DNA from: Eledone cirrhosa
Taxonomy: Eukaryota
DNA length: 64,000 nt
Direction: 5' to 3'
Assembly (NCBI GenBank): GCA_964016885.1
Contig: OZ024745.1
Coordinates: 18,104,001 to 18,168,000, forward strand
Part shown: positions 47,169-64,000 of the stretch, piece after piece
Position numbering within the stretch: the stretch's first letter is position 1
How the letters are laid out: each line of letters starts with the position of its first letter
Notes under the pieces: generated by a model
Seen by the model: only the letters and a program-made list of their open reading frames with translations
The model's database searches: none
Told to the model about the DNA's origin: nothing
Position numbers and translations under genes: made by a program

Positions 47169-47539
47169 CAGAAATAATTGTTTCTACTTTTGGCACAAGG
47201 CCAGCAATTATCCCAGTACATTACTGGTACTTTATTTTATCGACCCCGTAAGGATGAAAGGCAAAGTTAACCTCGGCGGGCTTTGAACTCAGATCGTAAA
47301 GGGACGTAACTATGCTGGAAAGCATGTCCGACCCTCCACCGATACTGCCAATTCACTTCAGAAATTATTGTTTCTACTGTTGGCACAAGGCTAGCAATTA
47401 CCCAGTGCATTACTCGTACTTTATTTTATCGACCCCGTAAGGATGAAAGGCAAAGTTAACCAGAAATAATTGTTTCTACTTTAGGCACAAGGCCAGCAAT
47501 TACTCAGTGCATTACTGGTACTTTATAACCAGAAATAAT
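47169..47539 (-). mobile_element. Three head-to-tail SINE copies (full-length, ~90 bp, ~55 bp) separated by the same 10-mer
   Basis: Copies at 47179-47356, 47369-47460 and 47471-47526. cagaaat(a/t)at at 47169, 47359, 47461 and 47530. Confidence 0.8.
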
Positions 47540-48224
47540 GATATTTGTTTATTGAAAAAAAAACAACAAATATTTAATATAATAGGTCTGTTCGGGAACA
47601 GGTTTTGAATTGACCAATAGAAAAGTAGTAAGTGGTCAAGTTGATAGAATAGTAGTAGTAGAAATTTAATTTAGGGGTAGAAGAATGCAGACTTCAGTTT
47701 TGAATGGAAAGAATACTTTGAATGAAAAGATTACTTTGGGGATGAAAAGAGGTCAAGCCGGTGAAAGGTACACGAAAATTTGATGTTATTAAAGAATAAT
47801 GCTAATGTTAAAATTGTAGGGTAAATGTGTTAGTGAAAAATACGAATCTTATTTAAAACACAAGGAATTTAGATCTATAACAAGAAATTAAATTAATTTA
47901 ATTGATTGGTATATTTATAGGGATAAGTTTATATTAATTCATATAGATGTGATAAATAAGAGTTAGATGTTATTAAAGAATGTTGTTAAAAACGAAGGAA
48001 AAAAATGTTTGGGGATAAATGTATTAGTGAGAAATAACAAACTTATATAGACTACAAGGAATTTAGATTCATAACAGGAAATTAAAATAGTTTATATGTA
48101 TAGTTATAGGTATTAATTTTAGGAAAAGAGAGCTGTAAAAGGGAAATAAAATTATGAAGTTCTCAGTAGTAAAATACTAAATATAAGTTAACTAATTTAA
48201 AAATTAAAAAAACTAATTATAATA

Positions 48225-48535
48225 AAAATACGTATTTAAGAAAGCCACAACAATGCAGAGGGAAATCTCGGGGTAGGAAGTGAAAGATAGCTAGGAAAAA
48301 CAGGTGAAAGTGAAAATTGAGAGAGACAAAGATGAAAACAAAACAAAGGTAGAAGGGTTACCGTAGTAGAGATTTAATCCCAATATTTCGGGCTCACGCC
48401 CATCAACGGGGGAAAGTTCCAAAAGGGGGGGAACAGGCCAATTTTCACTTTCACCTGTTTTTCCTATCTATCTTTCACTTCCTACCTCGAGATTTCCCTC
48501 TGCATTGTTGTGGCTTTCTTAAATACGTATTTTTA
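48225..48535. mobile_element. Fold-back (~95-bp arms) with a variant hammerhead-like motif in the spacer (48378-48413, -)
   Basis: Arms 48225-48319 and 48439-48535. Minus strand: tccc CCGTTGA t gggc gtga gccc GAAA ta TT ggga. Confidence 0.65.
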
Positions 48536-48838
48536 CACATTTCACAATGCTTCAAGCAAACTTTAACACCCTCTTATAATTATAATAATTTGTAAAATAT
48601 AAGTGTAAGGTGTATATTAATTAGGTTTATAATATTTGAAAGTTCTTCTAATTCTATGATTGCACGATATAATTAATTCTTGTCGCTTATTTAATAGGAT
48701 ATTCTTAGATTTCATTATTTCAAAAAGTTCCTGGGAACATAATCTACACTCATATCTGTTATTTGATAAGGGTGGCCTTTATAAATAAATAAATAATATA
48801 TATATATATTATTTTTTATTTACTTATTTATTTATTTC

Positions 48839-48914
<76 letters not shown>

Positions 48915-48916
<2 letters not shown>

Positions 48917-49272
48917 AAAAATAGATGAAATCGAAAATGCAACTGGAGTCTTTTTTTTTTTTTTTTTTTTTAAATATATATATTTTTATTTGGTTCCTTT
49001 ACCGGTTTCGCAGTTCTTCTGCTTTTCAAAAGGTGAGTTGAGATGGAGGGTCTGTGGTTTTTCTCACATCAGATGTGAGAAAAACCACAGACCCTCCATC
49101 TCAACTCACCTTTTGAAAAGCAGAAGAACTGCGAAACCGGTAAAGGAACCAAAAAAAAAAAAAAAAAAAATACTCCAGTTGCATTTTCGATTTCGTCTCT
49201 TTTTCTTTATACTTTCACTCGTGTAGGACACCTCGGTTATTTTTCATTTTGTAAAAAAAACCTCACTTTCTA
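48915..49272. mobile_element. Palindromic copy of the 17690/52545 family with a U3-A8 hammerhead in each arm (48996-49033 on -, 49109-49146 on +)
   Basis: Centre ~49070 (tctcacatc/agatgtgaga). cctt TTGAAAA gcag aagaa ctgc GAAAC cg GTA aagg. Flanked by (TA)n. Confidence 0.8.
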
Positions 49273-49399
49273 ATATATATATATATATATTAATATTAAT
49301 AAAGTACCAGTAATGCACTGAGTAATTGCTGGCCTTGTGCCTACCGTAGAAACAATTATTATTATTATGTATGTATGTATATATATATAAAATTATATA

Positions 49400-49625
49400 T
49401 GCGATGTAATGAATGCCGATCCAGAAGGCAGTAGCGGCCCAAGATGACCAAAATGGACTTGGATGAGGTGGTCCGACGGAATCAAGCTAGGCTTGGCCTA
49501 GCCAAAATGAGACCGGTGGAGAGAAGCACATCGGGACGCTAAGGAGCGTGGTCAGGCAGAATCCACCCTTACGGGATTAACTGTGTCCCGCATAATTAAA
49601 AAAATGGATGATGATAAGGAGGAGG
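49400..49625 (+). pseudogene. Degenerate RTE-LINE 3' terminal fragment
   Basis: EGSSGPR*PKWTW/DEVVRRNQARLGL resembles GxRGRGRPRKTWxEVVxxDLxxLGL; followed by a short (GAT)n tail. The 3'-end fragment at ~18275-18326 (-) is related. Confidence 0.5.
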
Positions 49626-49755
49626 AGAGAATAGACAAAATTATACCTATTTTTTCTTAAAATGCCCGACTGCATACATATAGACATCCCATAATGCGGT
49701 TTTGTGTAATTTTATCTTGCTAAAGTTAGTGTATGAAAATATATATAAAATATAT

Positions 49756-50507
<752 letters not shown>

Positions 50508-50708
50508 TAAATATATATATATATATATATAAATAATATATATATATAAATAATATATATATATAAAAATAAAATAAATAAATAAGTAAACATGTGTGCA
50601 CATTCACCCAGGAACATAGGTCCGTGTTTGCAAATCCAAACGTATGTCCCAAGGCTCAGATACCATCAACACCATAAAGATCGAGCTGGCATATCTAAGA
50701 ACTGACTA

Positions 50709-50764
50709 ACTGCCTGATGAGGTCATAGCCATTGAATGGCTATCATCGAAATATATATAGCAGT
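50709..50764 (+). ncRNA. Hammerhead ribozyme, type I
   Basis: actgc CTGATGA ggtc atagccat tga atggctat catc GAAA tatata TA gcagt; perfect helix I and long helix II. Confidence 0.85.
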
Positions 50765-50821
50765 AATTAAAGGATTATGAGTTCATGCAATTGACTTATG
50801 TTTCGTCACTATATATATATA

Positions 50822-51319
50822 TTGTATCACTAATTTCACCACCGTTATTCAACATCACTTCTTATATCCTTTCTACCACCATTGATATCATCTACCCATA
50901 TGATAATATCGACATGCAACGCCGATGCACGTACAACTGCACATGTCTCGTGTATGAGCATGCGTGTGTATGTATGTAAGTTTATGTATGGATGTGTCTC
51001 GTGTTAGAGCACGCGCGTGTATGTATTTTTTTTTTTCGATCGACTTTGTATTCAGCCATGTGGAGCGAAATTTTCTTTTATATATATATAACATGGCTGA
51101 ATACAAAGTCGATCGAAAAAAAATAGATACACGCGCGTGCTCATACATGAGACACATCCATACATAAACTTACATACATACACACGCGTGCTCATACACG
51201 AGACATGTGCTTGCATCGGCGTTGCATGTCGATATTATCATATGGGTAGAAGATATCAATGGTTGTAGAAAGGATATAAGAAGTGATGTTGAATAACGGT
51301 GGTGAAATTAGTGATACAA
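50822..51319. repeat. Imperfect ~500-bp palindrome (centre ~51075) next to the 50709 HHR
   Basis: ttgtatcactaatttcaccaccg...ttcagccatg is mirrored by catggctgaa...cggtggtgaaattagtgatacaa. Confidence 0.85.
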
Positions 51320-51812
51320 ACCGTTGTGGTGAAGTGTATGGTGTTAGTGGTTAGTGTGTGCCTCAATGGTATGTGGTATGTGTTGGTGCGGGTGAGGGTG
51401 GTGGATGTATGGTAATGTGTTGTGAGGTGGGGTGTGTGGTAATGAATGCGACCTAACATTTATAGGATCAAAACTAAAAAAGGATTGCAAATTAAGAATT
51501 ACCAAGGATAACAGTGGTAATGACATGAGAAATTATATGAGAAAATAGTGGTAGTTATTCCTATGTTGTATGTAAAGTGTTATGGTTTACCTGTGGCACC
51601 TGCGGAGAAAGTATTCTTCTTGGTGTGTCTACAGTTTATTAGGATTTATTAGGATATATGTCTGGTGATTTCGAAGCAAATCCTCTTTCTGCTCCGGAGG
51701 AACATAGAGTGCTCAAATGGCATACCGCCTTTGGACTTACGCAGCAACCTTATTACGAATATATATATATATATTTCGTTTCTGAATTTGCAACATGACC
51801 CGCCCAAAGCAT

Positions 51813-51999
<187 letters not shown>

Positions 52000-52036
52000 G
52001 TTATACTTCACTTGAAGCATTGTGTAATGAGGTACA

Positions 52037-52485
52037 AACGTTTGAATTTGTAAAGCCAAACAATGCAGGTATGGACATAGAATAAAAATCCAAATGCAAA
52101 AGATATTGTTGACAATTAGTCTTTTACCTTAGATTTATTTAAATGTCCTTAATTTTCGAGATAATATCTCTTCTTCGAAGGGAAGTAAAGCGGTTAAACC
52201 AGTGTTCTAAATAACTTGCCAAGTCATGCTGACAGGAAAGGTATAGAGTATCACTATACCATTGTTACTCTATACTCTATACCTTTTCCTGTCAGCATTA
52301 CTTGGCAAGTTATTAGAACACTGGTTTAACCGCTTTACTTCCCTCCGAAGAAGAGATATTATCTCAAAAATTAAGGACATTTAAATAAATCTAAGGTAAA
52401 AGACTAATTGTCAACAATATCTTTTGTATTTGCATTTTTATTCTATGTCCTACCTGCATTGTTTGGTTTTAAAAATTCAAACGTT

Positions 52486-52486
<1 letters not shown>
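52037..52486. mobile_element. Fold-back element (~215-bp arms) with a CCGAAGA-type minimal hammerhead-like motif in each arm
   Basis: Centre ~52260. Arm consensus cct CCGAAGA a gagat att atctc GAAA at TA agg; each arm carries one different lesion. Confidence 0.65.
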
Positions 52487-52525
<39 letters not shown>

Positions 52526-52544
52526 TGAAACTTGTTCACGTGAC

Positions 52545-53025
52545 AGCCATAATTTCATTATAACCAATCAAATTACGCTTATTTTAAAAAAAGCCTTCGT
52601 GAGCCCCTTTTTTCAAGTAAAAAGAAATTCAAACACTCATATATGAAAAAAACAACCTGTGACCCCCCCCCCCCCCCCCCCTCTTATTTGAAGAACTATT
52701 GTAACGCGAACTGGCGCGAAATTTATTAATCAAATTTATTAATCAAATTACTTCTCGAAAAACCTGGCATTTCGAGCCACTTTTTTCCATATAAAACAAG
52801 TAACATTCAGAGATCAACCAGATGTGAGAAAAACCACAGACCTCCATCTCAACTTTACTTTTGAAAAAGCAGAAGAACTGCGAAACCGTAAAGGAACCAA
52901 ATAAATATATATATTTTTTTTAAAAATAAGACTCCAATTGCATTTCCGATTTCATCTTTTTTTCTTTATACTTTCACTCGTGTAGGACACCTCGGTTATT
53001 TTTCATTTTGTAAAGAAAACCTCAC

Positions 53026-53032
<7 letters not shown>
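52545..53032 (+). mobile_element. Second long copy of the U3-A8 HHR family
   Basis: Colinear with 17690-18260; HHR-like motif at ~52858-52894. Confidence 0.75.
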
Positions 53033-53097
<65 letters not shown>

Positions 53098-53321
53098 GAG
53101 GTTGTTTTTCGCTATTTCGTGGCCGAAATAATGCGAATCTCGATATTTTATGTTTGTATATATATATATATACTGATTTCCTTCGAATGAAACACTTCTG
53201 GTCGCGTAAAAACCATTTCTCTATTAAATATTGTATATGTACAACTATGTATAGAGTACCTTACTTACTGGTTATATATATATACACACACACACACATA
53301 TACATATGTATATATACATTA

Positions 53322-54152
53322 CTGTTTTCTCTTTTCTTCCCTTTGCTTTCGTCCCTCTCTCTTCCGTTTTCCCAATAACTTATCCAGTTATTGACGCCCT
53401 AGGATGAGATATCTCGTCTTAAAAGCGTAGAAATATCCGAGACCCCCAGTAGACAACTGATGAAGACCCCCCCCCCCCCGTTCCTACTTTCTTCGTATTC
53501 CCAGTAAGTTACCTTAAATAGCAACTACACAGCCATTTCTTTTCTCCATGCAGTTCATGTTTTCGCTGTGACCATTCTTCTCTCTCCCCTTCTACCTACC
53601 CATTTCGCTACTTTCTACTCTCACCCTCTTTCTTCCACTCCATATTTCTTCCACTCCATATTTCTTCCTCCCTATATACTCTTACCCCACTTTCTTCCTC
53701 TCCCTTTCTTCCTCTCACTTTCACCCCCTCGCCTAACCCTTTAGCAGTTCTTTCCTCACTTACAACTGTGGCGATCAGACGTGTGTCTTTTTTCTCTCGA
53801 CCACTCAGTCTTGAACTTAAGTTCTCTTATCGAGTGGTCTTGGATTTCCTTACCTTAAGTTGCTCGCACATTGCTCGGTCTGTTGCGTTTTATTCGCTGT
53901 TTTTTTGGTTTTTTTTTGCTGTTTTCTCTTTTCTTCCCTTTTGCTTTCCTACCCTCCCTCCTCCGTTTTCCCAATAACTTATATAAGTTATTGACGCCCT
54001 GGGGTTAGATATATTGTCTTTAAAGCGTCGAAATATCCGAGACCCCCAGTAGACAACTGATGAAGAAAACTAACTCCCCGTTATTGCTTTCTTCGTATTT
54101 CCACTGAATTTTAAGTTACCTTAAATAGCAACTAACAGCCATTTCCATTCTC
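53322..54152. mobile_element. Non-coding island with ~230-bp imperfect direct terminal repeats (pLTR-like)
   Basis: 53322-53545 resembles 53918-54152 (ctgttttctcttttcttcc...gaaatatccgagacccccagtagacaactgatgaaga...ccttaaatagcaact). Confidence 0.65.
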
Positions 54153-54153
54153 C

Positions 54154-54268
<115 letters not shown>

Positions 54269-55001
54269 GGAGGAGTGAGAGAGAAATGGGGAGAAAGAAA
54301 GGGAGTAGCTATGTTCAAAATAAACATTGCTAAGTTTCCCAATGATTTTCTGATAATCTTGATAAAAAGAGGTCTTGTGACTAGCTGAAACAGGAATGGC
54401 ATAGAATACTATATATTATATATCATTCGTTATACATGTAATTTTTCTTATATTAGCTTAATGTTCTCAGATTGGTACATGCCTAGATACATCTTGATAT
54501 TCAATATTCGGATAAATTTTATTGTTTACATACAATGTATATAATAATGAAAAACAAATACGTGATTTACAAGGGAAATAAATCAATAAATGCTTGTCAG
54601 ATAAAAAGAGTAAATGAATGAGATACGCACACACCAAGGAATTCTCATGTCCGCTAAAAGTTTGAGAAGAACTGAATATGCATACCGTGTTTCTACGATT
54701 GATAATAAGGTTAAGGCCCGCAACTAAAAGTGTTGGGTTAAAATGTATTGCTTACTAAAACCCTCTTTATTAAAAATACCCCATATTCAAAATAAGCATT
54801 TGGTGTGTAGCCTTGTGCGTATGTGCAAGTGTGTGTATTAAACGAAGATAATAGTATGCACCCCTTGTTTTTGCTTCCATCTATCTGCAGTGAATATATT
54901 CATTGCGTATATGTTCAGTGGGTATCTTTATATTAATATTTAATATTCCTCTAGTTACACGCATTCAATGCGAAAATGACTCAAGACACCAGATTTAGAT
55001 C

Positions 55002-60063
<5,062 letters not shown>

Positions 60064-60130
60064 TTAGGGTAAACAGTGATGCAATTCAAACATCTGACAC
60101 TACTTCGCTTTTCCTTATTCTATATATATA

Positions 60131-60195
<65 letters not shown>

Positions 60196-60399
60196 TTAAT
60201 TATACTATTTATGGTTATGTTTATACAAAAACCTTATGCAGTTATATGTATTTTTTATACAGACCCTAAATAGTGGTAGGCAGTAATGTATTACTACCTT
60301 ATTACCAGTAAGTTAAGTAGCTCAATGTAAAAACATCAGATGATTTACAGAGCAGTTATATGAAATATAAGAATCAAAGAACTGTTCAAAACATTATTG

Positions 60400-60446
60400 T
60401 GCTTACAGCTGTTTCCTCCAAACCGAGGTTTAGATTCTTCGGAGCA
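60400..60446 (-). ncRNA. Hammerhead-like motif with variant core CCGAAGA
   Basis: tgct CCGAAGA a tctaaac ctcg gtttgga g GAAAC agct GTA agca. All three helices are intact; helix III loop is palindromic. Confidence 0.7.
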
Positions 60447-60711
60447 ATTTATTAATGAATGGATAGTTATATGACCTCCTTTTCAGCCAAGAGACATACC
60501 GATACATATGCTAATATTGTGGGTCAAATTCATTACAGAATTTAGAGTGGCAGTACAGATTTCGAGATTACATTCATATTAAAAGGTACAATCAAAAAAT
60601 CAAAATTACAGGTTAAAATACAACATGAAGATAAGCGGTTATGTAGTGCAAATGTTATATGTGTGGCAAGCACGTGCGTCTTGTTTATATAGTGTGGCAG
60701 AGAGATACGTA

Positions 60712-60928
60712 TAGTAGAGGCACTTAGGTAGGTAAACAAGAGTGTTAGGTTGGTTGATCTGGTGGCAGATTCTTTATATGATTGATATAGTCTGTGTGTG
60801 GAGAAATGATATAAGCATTAATGCTTATATCATTTCTCCACACACAGACTATATCAATCATATAAAGAATCTGCCACCAGATCAACCAACCTAACACTCT
60901 TGTTTACCTACCTAAGTGCCTCTACTAT
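60712..60928. repeat. Near-perfect ~215-bp palindrome at the 5' end of the element carrying the 60400 HHR
   Basis: Centre ~60820 (gatataagcatt/aatgcttatatc). 60927-60943 additionally inverts ~60358-60374. Confidence 0.9.
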
Positions 60929-60939
60929 TCTTATATTTC

Positions 60940-60975
<36 letters not shown>

Positions 60976-61435
60976 GGGGGGTAGAGTGAAATGAGAAATA
61001 CTTATTTCTTAAACATATTTGTAAATTTGAATTAAGGACGATGATATAGTGCATGTTGTTCTCAAGGGGGTAGCATGTTACAAATAGTGTTTAGTGCTTT
61101 ACTGAAAATGTATTGATTGCTCACCTACACGGAGGGTTCTTAAAAGAATGGTGTGTTGTGTAACTGTTTTTCTGACTTGCCTCCTCGGAATATTAATATA
61201 TATATATATATATATATATAGAGGGAGAGAGAGAGAGAGAGCGAGAGAGTAAGTAATGTTTTGTATCTACAGTCTCTACTGGAAAGCGGCATAGTAATTT
61301 AAACCATATTCAAAACGAATTGCTCGCTCGCCTTAATTGATATATCCATAATGACATGGAGACTCTTTACATACAAATTAATGGAAAACGTATTGCTACT
61401 CAACTAGGATGAGTATATTCATTTGTTGTTAAGTG

Positions 61436-61622
61436 GTTAGTGGATTGGCAGTATCAGTAGAGGGTATGGCGCCATGCTTTGACGCATAGAGTTACCTTCA
61501 TTTATGATCTGAGTTCAAATCCCGCCGAGGTTAACTTTGCCTTTCATCCTTACGAGGTCGATGAAATAAAGTATCAGTAATGCACTGAGATAATTGCTGG
61601 CCTTGTACCAAAAGTAGAAACA
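61436..61622 (+). mobile_element. tRNA-derived SINE
   Basis: Same family as 844-1030 (B box gagttcaaatccc; ends gtagaaacaattatt). Confidence 0.85.
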
Positions 61623-61652
61623 ATTATTAGTATTTCAAAGATAGTATATATA

Positions 61653-61740
61653 TACGAGGGCCGGCTGAACGTTTCATACACTGACCAAGATTCTCCCATG
61701 GGGGATGACCAAAGGAGGTTTATTTTTCAACATATTCCAT
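61653..61740 (+). mobile_element. Possible mariner terminal fragment
   Basis: TA followed by cgagggccggctgaa resembles mariner TIR starts; no partner end seen. Confidence 0.35.
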
Positions 61741-62310
61741 GGAAACAAACACTGCAATTATTACCAAGAGTTGAAATTAATGTATGCAACATTTCATAAC
61801 GCTAGCATCTCTCCTTCATAATCAGACAATGAGCTTTAGCCTACCACTCTATACGTATATTTTATATATTTATATGTTACAAGATTTGCAAAGTATACAT
61901 ATCATTAAAGTGGCTAATTATTATCGTTGGTACAGAGAACACAATACCTTGTTGTACTTGTACAGGTTCTCTTCGTCTTAGTGCAAATACCACCAAGGTT
62001 AATACAAAATAAATTACTAGTTTAGTGTTTAAATAACACTGCAAAAACCTGAGAGAATTTGAAAAACGAAGAGGGGACTGTAAAGCGGAACCGTGAATAT
62101 AAGCTTGTCATACTTGATTATCTAACTTATATCATCGTAGATACAAACCATCCCGTGCAGCAGTGACAAAATGCTTCAAACTAGTTTTAAAACTCCTCAG
62201 AATTATACATGTATATATTTCATCTAGTTAGATAAAGCACATACCTGGATAAAGCGGACGTGGCATATGTATTATCAATAAATATTAAGAAGAGAATAGA
62301 TATATGAATA

Positions 62311-62597
62311 TAGTGGAACCTTAATTCGTTCCTGAAGGCTGTTCGTCAATCGAAATCTTCGTAAATCGAAACTATTTTTCCATAACGAAATGTTAATAGA
62401 GAAATACTGAGAAAAAGAGAGAGAATGAGAGGGAGAGAGAGAAAGACAGTGAGTGAAAGATAGATAGATATCACCTTAGTAACTAACTACACAGCAAGTG
62501 ACCTTTTCCCGCCGATACCCCAAGCTTATTGCCAACCGTTGTTGCTGGATTGCATGTTCGTTACCGGAGTCACCGTTCGTGAACCGAGGTTCCACTA
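62311..62597. mobile_element. Tc1/mariner-pogo (Tigger-like) MITE
   Basis: TIRs tagtggaacct / aggttccacta, flanked by TA. Confidence 0.7.
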
Positions 62598-62988
62598 TAT
62601 ATATATAAATGTCGTTTCAGGAAACAGAACGAGACACGTCTTGGCAAGGCAATTATTGGAATTAAATAGGTTTAAAATGTAGAGCCTTTAGACGGCAAAA
62701 TACTAGACCGGGAGAAAACTTCCAAACGACAGGGTAACTATCATAATGAAGGGAGAAAGCAATACACACAGACAGTTGATGCCGAGACACATTCGTGAGA
62801 TTAGCAGGGAAACTACCAAGACCCAATGCTGTATTGATTAATTTTGATTATAACTGCTATGATGGTGGTTTAAGAGTTACATTCATTCACACTGCTCAGA
62901 TCACCATGATGAGGATTAATGAAAGAGGAGCAGTAATTTTCTACAGTATCTCACGTATGCCTTTATTATCTGTCTTTCTTATCATAAA

Positions 62989-63030
<42 letters not shown>

Positions 63031-63069
63031 CCCTCTCTCTCTATCTACCTATCTATCTATACATATATA

Positions 63070-63147
63070 TTAGGTCGTCAACTATGTAATTTGTAGACAT
63101 TTGTAGAAAAAAAGAATTTCTACAAATGTCATACTTGACGATCCAAT
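63070..63147. mobile_element. ~80-bp mariner-type palindromic MITE
   Basis: ta|ttaggtcgtcaactatg...catacttgacgatccaa|ta, with an inner stem gacatttgtagaaa/tttctacaaatgtc. Confidence 0.6.
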
Positions 63148-64000
63148 AGTAACAATATCATAGGAAAATATTGTGCTACATGATAGCAACTTAGCTTTCA
63201 AAACACACAGTTAGTCAGTATATATTAATATATTTTCGACATTCTATGCTTTATATGAAATATTCCAAACTGAATTTCTCGGCTTGGACCGTCTAATATA
63301 TTCTAATAAGTACTCCTTTGAATCTCGGCAAAACATAATTACAAGAGCTAGAAGTAAAATATTTCATATACACTAAACTGTCACAACTATTTACTGAACT
63401 TGACCATATTAACATACAGAACTGCTTATACATTGAAATTTTACGTATGATTAGTAGAACAGTATTTCATACATTCATGTGTTTGTATCAGAGATGAATC
63501 CCTCCTCAACAGGATGGATAAACGATCATTGAGCAGACTGATGTGAAGGTACTGTGTCGAGAAAACGAACAACTTTTCTAACATACCATGTAATACTATA
63601 ATTTAATATAAATAAGTATACTTTAGAAAATGTAGTTTGAAGCACACTGTGCTTGAAATAATGATATGTTCATGGATAGAATATTTTAAAGATGTTTGGT
63701 TACAAAGTATCTTCTTGTCAAAGATTCAATGTTGCATTACAAAGAAGAGATTAATAAATCATCTGGGTTATATCTAAATGCCATGATGAAGGGAAGTGAA
63801 ATGTTACAGCAAAAATTCAATAGCTTTGAAACGTCAATAGTTTAGTGTCACGATACTTTATAGTAACGGCAAACCTACTCATATTTCTTTGATAATCTAA
63901 GGGTTTTAAGCTCGAACACGTTACTCTGTTCAGGAAGTATCTTCTATAGAGTATTATTAACTAATGCTTGGGATTATAATTAGTTGTACAAAAGTCGAGC

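Noticed and set aside
51590-51760. Possible further PLE endonuclease C-terminus on the minus strand
   Set aside because: Only vague resemblance (HILINPN..EE.F..CH), with no intact CxxC; insufficient.

Overview
AT-rich, repeat-dominated eukaryotic DNA with abundant (TA)n/(CA)n/(GA)n microsatellites. The SINE and repeat style suggest a cephalopod (Octopus-like) genome; this is inference. I found no convincing host protein-coding exon. The window holds two 5'-truncated Penelope-like retroelements (PLEs; RT plus C-terminal GIY-YIG, probably Naiad clade), two more PLE fragments, RTE-LINE remnants, a tRNA-derived SINE family, two mariner/pogo-type MITEs and a 4.8-kb 51-bp minisatellite. The main hidden signal is RNA-level. 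More than a dozen distinct non-coding islands embedded in (TA)n carry type I hammerhead ribozyme (HHR) motifs, read by eye as helix I-CUGANGA-helix II-GAAA-helix III-NUH-helix I'. Two of them are tandem arrays (310-bp x ~12.5 and ~475-bp x ~10) with one minimal HHR per unit. Both arrays end in a 5' inversion like that of the neighbouring PLEs, consistent with retrozyme-like circular-RNA parasites copied by PLE RT into (TA)n. Several families carry non-canonical catalytic cores (U3-A8, CCGAAGA, CCGUYGA, CAGAAGA, CGGAGGA). All structures were paired by hand; none was computed or tested.
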